Origin: Klebsiella pneumoniae
GTDB taxonomy: Bacteria; Pseudomonadota; Gammaproteobacteria; Eutrophobiales; Eutrophobiaceae
Direction of reading: 5' to 3'
Assembly: GCA_945870865.1 (NCBI GenBank)
Contig: CAMBTO010000003.1
Location: 11,478-75,477, forward strand
Length of the DNA stretch: 64,000 nucleotides
How positions within the stretch are numbered: the stretch's first letter is position 1; each line of letters opens with the position of its first letter. This document shows positions 39,652 through 48,457 of the stretch, one piece after another. The notes under the pieces were generated by a model. The model did not search any database and was not told the origin of the DNA. It was given only the letters and a program-made list of their open reading frames with translations. The position numbers were made by a program, and so were the translations under genes.

Positions 39652-40341
39652 ATGACTGGGGAGACTGATATGTTAAAAATGATACACGTTGTGAAAATAC
39701 TGATGATAGGCACGATAACCATTCATCTTGGTTGTGCCGCTGTCGATAAGCGACCGACCACTGAAGCTGAATACAATGCGTCCTTGCCGGGTGATGTCAG
39801 TCCGGAATCCCGGGGTCGATTGCCCATTATAAGTCGGGAGGCCCTCGATGATGCAGGCAAAGCTACCTATGATCGATATATGGCTCCGGATTCGACATCA
39901 CTTGCCGGCATACAGGGGCCGGGGGGGATCCGCTTACACGCTGGCGTCGACAAGAGCCCGACCCGAATAGACAACAAGGTCAGTGAGCTGGTGCGTCTGG
40001 TGATTGCGCGTGAAATGGATCAGAAGTTTGAATGGACCATGCATGAACCGGTCGCCCTCAAGGCCGGTCTGACCCCTGCCACTATTGATGCGATACGTCT
40101 TCGCAAATTATTGCAGGGCGTCCCGGAAATGGAGGCCTCCATCATTCAGATGGGCAGGGAAATATTTCAGGAGCATCGGGTCAGTCCGGAAACCTACCGT
40201 CAGCTTTCAAGCCATTTCGGTCCGCGTGACCAGATGGAAATCGTCGAGTTGATGAGTGGCGGCATGAACAGCTTTTTCCTGTTGTTCCTGTACGATGTTC
40301 ATCTTCCGTACGACAGACCCTCACAGTTGCCCGTAGAGTAA
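39652..40341 (+). CDS. Carboxymuconolactone decarboxylase (AhpD-like) family protein, probably exported
   Basis: 229 aa with an N-terminal hydrophobic signal ending in HLGC. The CMD-like core is ELVRLVIAREMDQKFEWTMHEPVALKAGLTPATIDAI. Confidence 0.6.
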   Translation: MTGETDMLKMIHVVKILMIGTITIHLGCAAVDKRPTTEAEYNASLPGDVSPESRGRLPIISREALDDAGKATYDRYMAPDSTSLAGIQGPGGIRLHAGVDKSPTRIDNKVSELVRLVIAREMDQKFEWTMHEPVALKAGLTPATIDAIRLRKLLQGVPEMEASIIQMGREIFQEHRVSPETYRQLSSHFGPRDQMEIVELMSGGMNSFFLLFLYDVHLPYDRPSQLPVE

Positions 40342-40446
40342 ATCTTCGCCACCTTATTCGCCTAATGGCATATTCGTTCGTTGATAGGGATAGGTGTTTT
40401 AATATGAGATGTTCAGTCATTCATCCCGGGTTAACCTAACGTGTAT

Positions 40447-40476
40447 TTGACATCCTGATCACGGAGTAAATATAGG
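40447..40476 (+). promoter_or_regulatory. Candidate sigma70-type promoter upstream of the radical SAM operon
   Basis: TTGACA (40447..40452), then 17-18 nt, then ATATAG/TATAGG (40470..40476). It is followed by the perfect 14-bp palindrome GGCCAACATTGGCC (40488..40501). Pattern match only. Confidence 0.25.
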
Positions 40477-40661
40477 GTAATACAAGCGGCCAACATTGGC
40501 CACGCGGCAAAAATTCAGCAGGCATTTGTATACACTTGTCGATGTCAGGTGATGAAGTTTTAATTCATAAGATTATTTTTATATCAACTGTAATAACCGG
40601 GCGGATCAAAGCGACTAGATACGGTTAACCCGGGATAAATCTTTATTATTAAAGGACAATT

Positions 40662-41642
40662 ATGCACGCTACCTTGCCTTTGCTGGAACGCTCTGACTTT
40701 CCGCCTATCAGTCGAGAGAGCCTCACCACCCTGCAGGTCAATCTTGGTTATAAATGCAACCAGAGCTGTCTGCATTGTCATGTGAATGCAGGCCCGACTC
40801 GTACCGAGATGATGGATACGGCAACCCTGGCACTGATCCCCGATGTCATACGTGCGCGTAATATCAGTACGCTCGACCTGACCGGTGGTGCGCCCGAATT
40901 ACATATGGGTTTTCGGGGGCTGGTGCAGTCCGCACGCCAACAGGGTGTGCATGTGATAGACCGTTGTAACCTGACCATCCTGTCCGAGCCGGGCCAGGAT
41001 GATCTGGCAGATTTTCTGGCCGTGCACAAGGTCGAGATTGTGGCCTCGTTGCCGTGTTACTCCATGGAGAATGTAGACAGGCAGCGTGGAACGGGAGTGT
41101 TCGAACGCAGTATCAGTGGCCTGCTCGAATTAAATCGACTCGGTTATGGTGTGGACGGTTCGGGGCTGCTGCTGAATCTGGTCTACAACCCGCAAGGACC
41201 GGTGTTGCCTCCGGACCAACACAAGCTGGAGGCAGACTACAAGCGTGAACTCGGTAATCGTTTTGATATCGTCTTTAATAATCTGTATGCATTGACGAAC
41301 ATGCCGATCCAGCGTTTTGGTTCGACATTGATATCGAAGGGGCAGTTTGCAGATTATATGACGTTGCTCCGGCACAATTACGCCGCCGCCAATCTGGACA
41401 ATGTGATGTGCCGTACCTTGATCAGTGTGGACTGGCAGGGGTATTTATACGATTGTGATTTTAACCAGATGCTGGGGTTGCGGGTTCCCGGCAGTTTTTA
41501 TCATGACAAACAACCACATCTGCGTGACCTGATGACTGTGGATCCGAAGGGCACACCGATCCGCGTTGCCGATCACTGTTATGGTTGTACTGCGGGTAGC
41601 GGTTCCAGCTGTGGCGGTGCGATCGCGGTCGCGACCGAATGA
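40662..41642 (+). CDS. Radical SAM/Cys-rich domain protein (ArsS-like)
   Basis: 326 aa. The radical SAM cluster motif is CNQSCLHC (CxxxCxxC). The C-terminal Cys-rich tail is HCYGCTAGSGSSCGGA. Confidence 0.85.
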   Translation: MHATLPLLERSDFPPISRESLTTLQVNLGYKCNQSCLHCHVNAGPTRTEMMDTATLALIPDVIRARNISTLDLTGGAPELHMGFRGLVQSARQQGVHVIDRCNLTILSEPGQDDLADFLAVHKVEIVASLPCYSMENVDRQRGTGVFERSISGLLELNRLGYGVDGSGLLLNLVYNPQGPVLPPDQHKLEADYKRELGNRFDIVFNNLYALTNMPIQRFGSTLISKGQFADYMTLLRHNYAAANLDNVMCRTLISVDWQGYLYDCDFNQMLGLRVPGSFYHDKQPHLRDLMTVDPKGTPIRVADHCYGCTAGSGSSCGGAIAVATE

Positions 41643-43789
41643 AAAAATGGTTGATCCTGCCGGTACTGGTGTTGCTCGCGGCGGCATTTTACTGGCTGGG
41701 ACTCAACCACTGGTTGACGCTGGAGGGCATGCAGTCGGGTATCGATCACATCCTGACAGCGCGTGAGGCGCGGCCGTTGCAGACCGCCGTAATATTTCTG
41801 GTCGTCTATGTCATGGTCACCGCGCTGTCGTTGCCGGGCGCTGTCGTAATGACACTCGTCGGAGGTGCGCTGTTCGGTCTGTGGTGGGGAACGCTGATTG
41901 TTTCGTTCGCCTCCAGTATCGGTGCATTGCTCGCATTCCTGGTCTCACGATATCTGTTGCGCGAAACCGTGCAGTCGCGTTTTGGTGATCGATTAAATAC
42001 GATTAATGCGGGGATCCAGCGCGACGGTGCGTTTTACCTGTTCAGCCTGCGGCTGATACCGGTGTTTCCGTTTTTCCTGATCAATCTACTGATGGGGCTG
42101 ACGACGATGTCCGCGTTGACCTTTTACGGCGTTAGTCAGTTGGGCATGCTCGCAGGCACGTTTGTCTATGTAAATGCCGGCACCCAGCTTGCGCAATTAA
42201 CTTCCTTGTCCGGCATACTCTCGCCCGCGATCGTACTCTCGTTCGTCTTGCTCGCGACCTTCCCGTGGCTGGCGCGGACCGGGCTGAACAGCTGGCGCAA
42301 ACATCGGGTGTATGCCCGTTGGCATCGCCCTGCAAAATTTGAACGCAACCTGATTGTGATCGGGGCAGGCGCGGCCGGTCTGGTGTCTGCCTATATCGGT
42401 GCGGCGGTGAAGGCGAAGGTCACCTTGATCGAGGCACACAAGATGGGCGGCGACTGTCTGAACTACGGCTGTGTCCCGAGCAAGACGCTGATCAAGAGCG
42501 CCCGCATCGCATACCAGATACGCCATGCGGATCGCTACGGCCTCCAGGCCGGTCAGCCCCGTTTTTCATTCCGGCAGGTGATGGCACGTATACAGCAAGT
42601 GATACGTGAGATTGAACCACACGATAGTATCGAACGTTATACTGCACTCGGTGTGGAGGTCTTGCCAGGCCATGCGCGTATTATTGATCCGTGGACAGTC
42701 GAGATTACCCTCGCCGGTGGAACGATCCAGCGTTTAACCACCCGCAGTATCATCATCGCCGCCGGGGCAGCGCCGTTTGTCCCGCCGTTGCCCGGGCTGG
42801 AACAAACCGGTTATCTGACCAGTGATACGCTGTGGGAGGCGTTGGCGAATCACGAGGTCCCACCTGAGCGGATAGTTGTACTCGGAGGGGGGCCGATAGG
42901 ATGTGAACTCGCACAGGCGTTCGCCCGACTCGGTTCCCGCGTCACGCAGATTGAAATGGGACCACGCCTGCTGATACGTGAAGATGATGAAGTCTCGCAT
43001 CTGGTGCAGCAGTCACTGGAGGCAGACGGTGTGAGCGTCCTGACCGGCCATACGGCATTGCGCTGCGAGCGCGAGGGCGATTATAAATACATCATCGTCG
43101 AACAGTCCGGCCAGACCACGCGGGTCCCGTTTAATGAACTGATCTGCGCAGTCGGTCGTGCCCCGCGTCTGGCCGGTTATGGTCTGGAACAACTGGGTAT
43201 ACCGACCAACCGTACCGTTATCACGAATGAATATCTTGAAACCCTGTATCCAAATATTTACGCGGCCGGTGATGTCGCCGGGCCATACCAGTTTACCCAC
43301 ACAGCCGCACACCAGGCCTGGTATGCGGCAGTGAACGCCTTGTTTGGCGATTTTAAAAGATTCAGGGTAGATTACAGCGTGATACCCTGGACTACATTTA
43401 CCGATCCAGAAGTGGCCCGGGTCGGACTGAATGAACAGGAGGCCGTTGAACGCGGCATCGCCTATGAACTGTCGCGCTACGAGATCAACGAACTGGACCG
43501 TGCCATCGCCGAGGGAGTGGCGTATGGGTTTATCAAGGTGCTGACCGTCCCCGGCAAGGACCGGATCCTCGGTGTGACCATTGTCGGTGAACATGCTGGC
43601 GAGTTACTGGCCGAGTTTGTGCTGGCAATGCGCTGGGGTCTGGGCCTGAATAAAATCCTCTCGACCATACATACGTATCCGACGCTGTCTGAATCAAACA
43701 AATATGTGGCCGGTGTATGGAAACGTGCACACGCGCCGCAGAAATTATTGCAATGGGTTGAGCGTTACCATCACTGGCGCAGGCAATGA
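41639..43789 (+). CDS. Fusion protein: TVP38/TMEM64 (DedA-superfamily) membrane domain + FAD-dependent pyridine nucleotide-disulfide oxidoreductase
   Basis: 716 aa. The N-terminal 230 aa or so are multi-TM and DedA-like (LIPVFPFFLINLLMG). Then come GAGAAG, the redox-active GGDCLNYGCVPSK and a C-terminal dimerisation domain (HTYPTLSE). It starts in an ATGA overlap with the upstream gene. Confidence 0.85.
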   Translation: MKKWLILPVLVLLAAAFYWLGLNHWLTLEGMQSGIDHILTAREARPLQTAVIFLVVYVMVTALSLPGAVVMTLVGGALFGLWWGTLIVSFASSIGALLAFLVSRYLLRETVQSRFGDRLNTINAGIQRDGAFYLFSLRLIPVFPFFLINLLMGLTTMSALTFYGVSQLGMLAGTFVYVNAGTQLAQLTSLSGILSPAIVLSFVLLATFPWLARTGLNSWRKHRVYARWHRPAKFERNLIVIGAGAAGLVSAYIGAAVKAKVTLIEAHKMGGDCLNYGCVPSKTLIKSARIAYQIRHADRYGLQAGQPRFSFRQVMARIQQVIREIEPHDSIERYTALGVEVLPGHARIIDPWTVEITLAGGTIQRLTTRSIIIAAGAAPFVPPLPGLEQTGYLTSDTLWEALANHEVPPERIVVLGGGPIGCELAQAFARLGSRVTQIEMGPRLLIREDDEVSHLVQQSLEADGVSVLTGHTALRCEREGDYKYIIVEQSGQTTRVPFNELICAVGRAPRLAGYGLEQLGIPTNRTVITNEYLETLYPNIYAAGDVAGPYQFTHTAAHQAWYAAVNALFGDFKRFRVDYSVIPWTTFTDPEVARVGLNEQEAVERGIAYELSRYEINELDRAIAEGVAYGFIKVLTVPGKDRILGVTIVGEHAGELLAEFVLAMRWGLGLNKILSTIHTYPTLSESNKYVAGVWKRAHAPQKLLQWVERYHHWRRQ

Positions 43790-44481
43790 TGCAAACCACA
43801 CCCGGCGAACGACTGTCGATTATAGTGCCGATGTTGAATGAGGCAGAGGTCTTGCCGCAACTGCTGGCACAACTGTCCGTATACAGCGCACGTGGTTGCG
43901 AGATAATGCTGATCGATGGTGGTAGCACCGATGATTCCGATACACTGGCACGCAAGGCCGGTTTTACTGTCCTCAACGCGCAGCGAGGCCGGGCAAGACA
44001 GATGAACGCGGGTGTGACATTCGCCACCGGCGACATCTTTCTATTCCTGCATGCGGACACACTGTTGCCCGACAGCGCCGATAGCCTGATTCAGGAGGCA
44101 CTCCGCAAGAATAGGGCGGGATGGGGGAGGTTCGATGTACAGATTACAGGGGAGTCGCTGTGGTTACCCGTCATAGCCAGCATGATGAATCTGCGCTCAC
44201 GCCTCAGTGGCATCGCTACCGGCGATCAGGCGATCTTTGTGCAACGTGATCTGTTTAATGAGGCCGGTGGATTTCCTGATCAACCGTTGATGGAAGATAT
44301 AGAACTCTCAAGACACTTGAAAGAATTTTTACCACCGATCCGCCTGCGTGCCAAAGTGACCACCTCGGGTCGACGCTGGGAGACACGCGGCGTCATCCGG
44401 ACTGTAATACTAATGTGGCGTCTGCGACTCGCCTATTATTTAGGCGTGCCTGCTGAATCGCTGGCGCGGACCTACCGATGA
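43786..44481 (+). CDS. Glycosyltransferase family 2 (rSAM/selenodomain-associated transferase 2 type, by memory)
   Basis: 231 aa. Motifs: LSIIVPMLNE, LIDGGSTD and LFLHADTLLP. ATGA overlaps occur at both ends. Confidence 0.78.
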   Translation: MMQTTPGERLSIIVPMLNEAEVLPQLLAQLSVYSARGCEIMLIDGGSTDDSDTLARKAGFTVLNAQRGRARQMNAGVTFATGDIFLFLHADTLLPDSADSLIQEALRKNRAGWGRFDVQITGESLWLPVIASMMNLRSRLSGIATGDQAIFVQRDLFNEAGGFPDQPLMEDIELSRHLKEFLPPIRLRAKVTTSGRRWETRGVIRTVILMWRLRLAYYLGVPAESLARTYR

Positions 44482-45101
44482 AGATCCATCGTATCGTCAT
44501 CTTCGCTAAGGCGCCGCGTGCCGGTTACGCCAAGACTCGCTTAATTCCGGCACTCGGTGCCGACGGTGCCGCCCGACTGGCCAGACGCATGCTTACGCAT
44601 ATGGTCAATCAGGCGCTGGATGCCGGTGTGGGTCCGACGGAATTATGTATGACACCGGCTGACGATCCGACCTGGGAGGAGACACGGTTGCCGCTTCATC
44701 TAGGAAGAACCGACCAGGGTGAGGGCGATCTTGGCGAACGGATGGCGCGGGCCAGCCAACGGGTTACCGGGGAGGGTGAAGCCATCATTCTGACAGGTAC
44801 AGATTGTCCGCAGCTGGATACCATTTGTCTGCAACAGATCGCAACAGCACTGGAGCAATCGGATGTGGCCATCGTACCGACGACCGATGGTGGATATGCC
44901 GCACTCGGACTGAACCGGTTTGATCCGCTGTTATTCAGTGATATCCGCTGGAGTACCGATACGGTAGCTGCTGAAACCCTGCGCCGAATAGCCACACTGC
45001 AATGGTCGGTGAGCACATTACCGGTGTTACATGACATAGATGAGGTCGCTGATCTTGCTTTGTTACCGGCGGACTGGCCGGAGTATGTACGGAGCGAGTA
45101 G
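44478..45101 (+). CDS. DUF2064 family protein (nucleotidyltransferase-like; rSAM/selenodomain-associated transferase 1 type, by memory)
   Basis: 207 aa. The N-terminus IVIFAKAPRAGYAKTRLIPALG is the family hallmark. TGTDCPQL and DGGYAALG are also present. Confidence 0.75.
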   Translation: MKIHRIVIFAKAPRAGYAKTRLIPALGADGAARLARRMLTHMVNQALDAGVGPTELCMTPADDPTWEETRLPLHLGRTDQGEGDLGERMARASQRVTGEGEAIILTGTDCPQLDTICLQQIATALEQSDVAIVPTTDGGYAALGLNRFDPLLFSDIRWSTDTVAAETLRRIATLQWSVSTLPVLHDIDEVADLALLPADWPEYVRSE

Positions 45102-45879
45102 TTTAATGGTTGCTCAAATACCTCGCCTGTATGTCACCCTGCTGTTGTATTTAATTGCAGGCACCACGGTGGCACAGTCGCCTGCTGTTATCGTGGGTGA
45201 GTTCACCTCAGCGACAAAAATTCCCCCGGCTCCCTGGGAACTCGTGCATCTGGATAAACGCGTCGCCGCCACCCGTTATCAGGTCAAGGAATGGGACGGT
45301 GTCGTCGCGGTCGAGGCAGTCGCGGAAAAAAGTATGGCGCTGCTGGCGCGACCACTCGATATCGACCTCAATCAGACACCGGTGTTGTGCTGGTTATGGC
45401 GTGTCGATGCGCCACTACTCACGGCCGACCTGAACAAAAAGTCCGGTGATGATTATGCCGCACGAGTATACGTTTCATTCAAACTGCCGCGACAACAAAT
45501 CAGCCTCTCTACCCGCATCAAGCTGCGTATGGCACGCACGATTTATGGTGATAAGATCCCCGATGCAGCGATCAACTATATCTGGGACAACCGCTACCCC
45601 ACAGGCACCTTGCAGGCAAATGCCTACACAGACCGGACGCAGATGCTGGTGTTACAAACCGGCGCAGGGCAGGCCGGCCAGTGGGTTGCGCAACGTCAGG
45701 ATGTCCTCGCCGACGCACGTCTGGCCTTTGGCCAGGTGGACCCGGAGGCGGTACAACTCGCCATTGCCACTGATACAGACAATACCGGCGAATCTGCCCG
45801 CGCCGGGTTTGCACAGTTGCATTTTGTTGATCACACTACTCCCTGTACGGTTCCCAAGCTGGGAGGCAAACCGGAATAA
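45085..45879 (+). CDS. Secreted DUF3047 family protein
   Basis: The ORF opens at 45040. Plausible ATG starts are 45085 and 45106. The signal peptide is LYVTLLLYLIAGTTVAQS. The family call is from memory of the composition of this gene neighbourhood. Confidence 0.6.
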   Translation: MYGASSLMVAQIPRLYVTLLLYLIAGTTVAQSPAVIVGEFTSATKIPPAPWELVHLDKRVAATRYQVKEWDGVVAVEAVAEKSMALLARPLDIDLNQTPVLCWLWRVDAPLLTADLNKKSGDDYAARVYVSFKLPRQQISLSTRIKLRMARTIYGDKIPDAAINYIWDNRYPTGTLQANAYTDRTQMLVLQTGAGQAGQWVAQRQDVLADARLAFGQVDPEAVQLAIATDTDNTGESARAGFAQLHFVDHTTPCTVPKLGGKPE

Positions 45880-45900
45880 ACGACAAAAATCAGTTGCAAA

Positions 45901-45970
45901 AATGAGGGTCAGAGTAAAAATTCCTTTGTGACATTCATGATGGTGATCAATTGTTACTTTGACCCTCATT
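45901..45970. repeat. 17-bp inverted repeat (one mismatch) with 36-nt spacer after the DUF3047 gene; possible terminator or regulatory hairpin
   Basis: AATGAGGGTCAGAGTAA (45901..45917) pairs with TTACTTTGACCCTCATT (45954..45970). A T-rich tract follows. Confidence 0.45.
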
Positions 45971-46050
45971 TTCCTGCTCTTTTCCTAACGGGCCCTTTGT
46001 TAGCATCTTAGTCCTGTGCCGGAATGTTTTAAAGTAGCCGGGATTGGGGG

Positions 46051-46096
46051 GTAGTGGCTCAGTGACTACGCTCGGGATGACAAACTGAGCCACTAC
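46051..46096. repeat. REP-like hairpin (GTAG followed by a 13-bp perfect stem)
   Basis: GTAGTGGCTCAGT (46051..46063) pairs with ACTGAGCCACTAC (46084..46096). The loop GACTACGCTCGGGATGACAA carries the dispersed TACGCTCGGGA-like motif. Confidence 0.5.
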
Positions 46097-46273
46097 AGGA
46101 TTGTGGCGAGGTAATTTTCCCATAGCCTGTCCTGGACGTAGACGGGACTTGATTTCTGGATAGGCCAGATGATCCCGGGTCATAAACAGGTCCGGCTTTT
46201 GACATTTACTGGGTATCCTTTGGCCAATACTGCTAAAATTCCCGTATGTCCCCTATTCAGATGTCTATACACC

Positions 46274-48433
46274 ATGTTGCAGACCGCTCCTGATATATTT
46301 TCATATCGCCAATACTGGGCCAAACGGCTGTTGCCGGCGCCGGTATTGCCGATGTCGCGCGAGGAAATGGACATCCTTGGCTGGGATGAGTGTGACATTA
46401 TAGTAGTGTGTGGTGATGCGTATGTGGACCATCCCAGTTTCGGGATGGCGCTGGTCGGGCGTTTGCTGGAGTCGCAGGGCTTTCGGGTTGGCATCATTGC
46501 CCAGCCGGACTGGACCTCGGCGGATCCGTTCCGGGTGCTGGGCAAGCCGAAACTGTTCTTCGGTGTGTCGGCGGGCAATATGGATTCGATGGTGAACCGC
46601 TATACCTCCGACCGCAAGATCCGTTCGAATGATGCGTACACACCCGGCGGTGCAGCGGGCAAGCGTCCGGATCGTGCCGTGATTGTCTATTCGCAGCGTT
46701 GCCGCGAGGCGTATCCGGGTGTGCCGATCGTGATCGGCGGGATCGAGGCCTCGTTACGGCGAATTTCCCATTATGATTACTGGTCGGAAAAGGTGCGCCG
46801 TTCCATCCTGCTCGACAGCAAGGCCGATCTGCTCGTGTATGGCAATGCCGAACGCGCCATTGTCGAGGTGGCGCACCGCATTGCTGCTGGAGAACAGGCG
46901 CGGCAGATCCATGACCTGCGGGGCACCGCCTATGTTGCGGATGTCCTGCCATCAGGCTGGGGTCAGATTGATTCGACCACACTGGATGAGCCAGGTGTGG
47001 TTGAAGCGCATACTGATCCCTATTCATTAACGCCGATGAAACCGGAGGCCGGACGCTATGATGCCACGGCAGCCGATACCAAACCTGTGCATTTTGAACG
47101 TTATCATCCCAAAGATGAATCGGCCGATACGGTCGTAAGACTGCCGGCTTATGAACAGTTGAAGGATGACCCGGTGCTGTATGCCCATGCGGCACGGGTG
47201 ATGCATCTGGAGACGAATCCGGGCAATGCGCGGGCGATTGTGCAACGGCATGGTGATCGCGATGTGTGGCTGAATCCGCCGCCAGTGCCGCTGACCACAC
47301 CGGAGATGGACCGCGTTTATGAATTACCCTACACCCGTCTGCCACACCCGGCCTACGGGCAGGAGAAGATCCCAGCCTACGAGATGATCCGGTTTTCGGT
47401 CACCATCCAGCGCGGTTGTTTCGGCGGTTGTTCGTTCTGTTCGATAACCGAGCATGAGGGCCGTATCATCCAGAATCGTTCCGAGGATTCGATATTGCGC
47501 GAGGTCGAGACGATCCGCGATACCGTGCCCGGCTTTACCGGTGTGATCTCGGACCTCGGTGGCCCGACCGCGAACATGTATCGTATTGCCTGCAAGTCAT
47601 CCGAGATCGAAAGCAAGTGTCGCAAGCCGTCCTGCGTGTATCCGGGCGTCTGTCCGAACCTGAATACGGACCACTCGGCGCTGATCCAGTTGTATCGCAA
47701 GGCGCGTGAGTTGCCCGGCATCAAGAAGATCCTGATTGCCTCCGGTGTGCGCTACGACCTCGCGGTCAAGTCGCCGGCCTATGTGAAGGAGCTGGTCTCG
47801 CATCATGTCGGTGGTTATCTGAAGATTGCGCCCGAACATACCGAGCAGGGGCCGCTATCGAAGATGATGAAACCGGGCATGGGTGCGTATGACCGGTTCA
47901 AACAGTTGTTTGATCAATATTCAAAAGAAGCGGGCAAGGAGCAGTACCTGATTCCGTATTTTATCGCTGCGCATCCGGGTACGACCGATGAAGACATGAT
48001 GAACCTCGCGATCTGGCTGAAGCAGAATGGCTTTCGCGCGGATCAGGTGCAGACCTTCCTGCCTTCACCGATGGCGCTGGCGACCGCGATGTATCACAGC
48101 GGCAAGAACCCGCTGCGCAAGGTGACCCGCACCAGTGAAAATGTACCGGTGGCGAAACAACTGAAGGTACGTCGCTTGCACAAGGCCTTCCTGCGTTACC
48201 ACGATCCGGAGAACTGGCCGATGTTGCGTGCCGCGCTGAAACGCATGGGTCGCGCCGATCTTATCGGTCCTGGCAAGCGTTGCCTGATCCCGTCCTGGCA
48301 ACCGAAGAGCGGCAGTACCACACCGATTGTGCAACCCGGCAGGCGATTCCTGACACGCCATACCGGACTGCCACCGCTGCCGGAGGTCACAGGCACGCGC
48401 CGCAAGCGGGGCAAACCCGGCAAGGATCAGTGA
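46274..48433 (+). CDS. ygiQ: YgiQ family radical SAM protein (UPF0313)
   Basis: The start is taken at MLQTAPDIF (46274). Motifs: [17 protein letters not shown] and the radical SAM segment [14 protein letters not shown] basic C-terminal tail is present. Length and layout are typical of YgiQ. Confidence 0.9.
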   Translation: MLQTAPDIFSYRQYWAKRLLPAPVLPMSREEMDILGWDECDIIVVCGDAYVDHPSFGMALVGRLLESQGFRVGIIAQPDWTSADPFRVLGKPKLFFGVSAGNMDSMVNRYTSDRKIRSNDAYTPGGAAGKRPDRAVIVYSQRCREAYPGVPIVIGGIEASLRRISHYDYWSEKVRRSILLDSKADLLVYGNAERAIVEVAHRIAAGEQARQIHDLRGTAYVADVLPSGWGQIDSTTLDEPGVVEAHTDPYSLTPMKPEAGRYDATAADTKPVHFERYHPKDESADTVVRLPAYEQLKDDPVLYAHAARVMHLETNPGNARAIVQRHGDRDVWLNPPPVPLTTPEMDRVYELPYTRLPHPAYGQEKIPAYEMIRFSVTIQRGCFGGCSFCSITEHEGRIIQNRSEDSILREVETIRDTVPGFTGVISDLGGPTANMYRIACKSSEIESKCRKPSCVYPGVCPNLNTDHSALIQLYRKARELPGIKKILIASGVRYDLAVKSPAYVKELVSHHVGGYLKIAPEHTEQGPLSKMMKPGMGAYDRFKQLFDQYSKEAGKEQYLIPYFIAAHPGTTDEDMMNLAIWLKQNGFRADQVQTFLPSPMALATAMYHSGKNPLRKVTRTSENVPVAKQLKVRRLHKAFLRYHDPENWPMLRAALKRMGRADLIGPGKRCLIPSWQPKSGSTTPIVQPGRRFLTRHTGLPPLPEVTGTRRKRGKPGKDQ

Positions 48434-48457
48434 CCGTATTGCAGACCGATACCGTTC

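Noticed and set aside
40662-41642. Selenocysteine recoding in the ArsS-like radical SAM gene, since the family name refers to a selenodomain.
   Set aside because: The C-terminal motif uses a TGT Cys codon (SSCGG). There is no in-frame TGA, and no SECIS-like hairpin was looked for beyond that.
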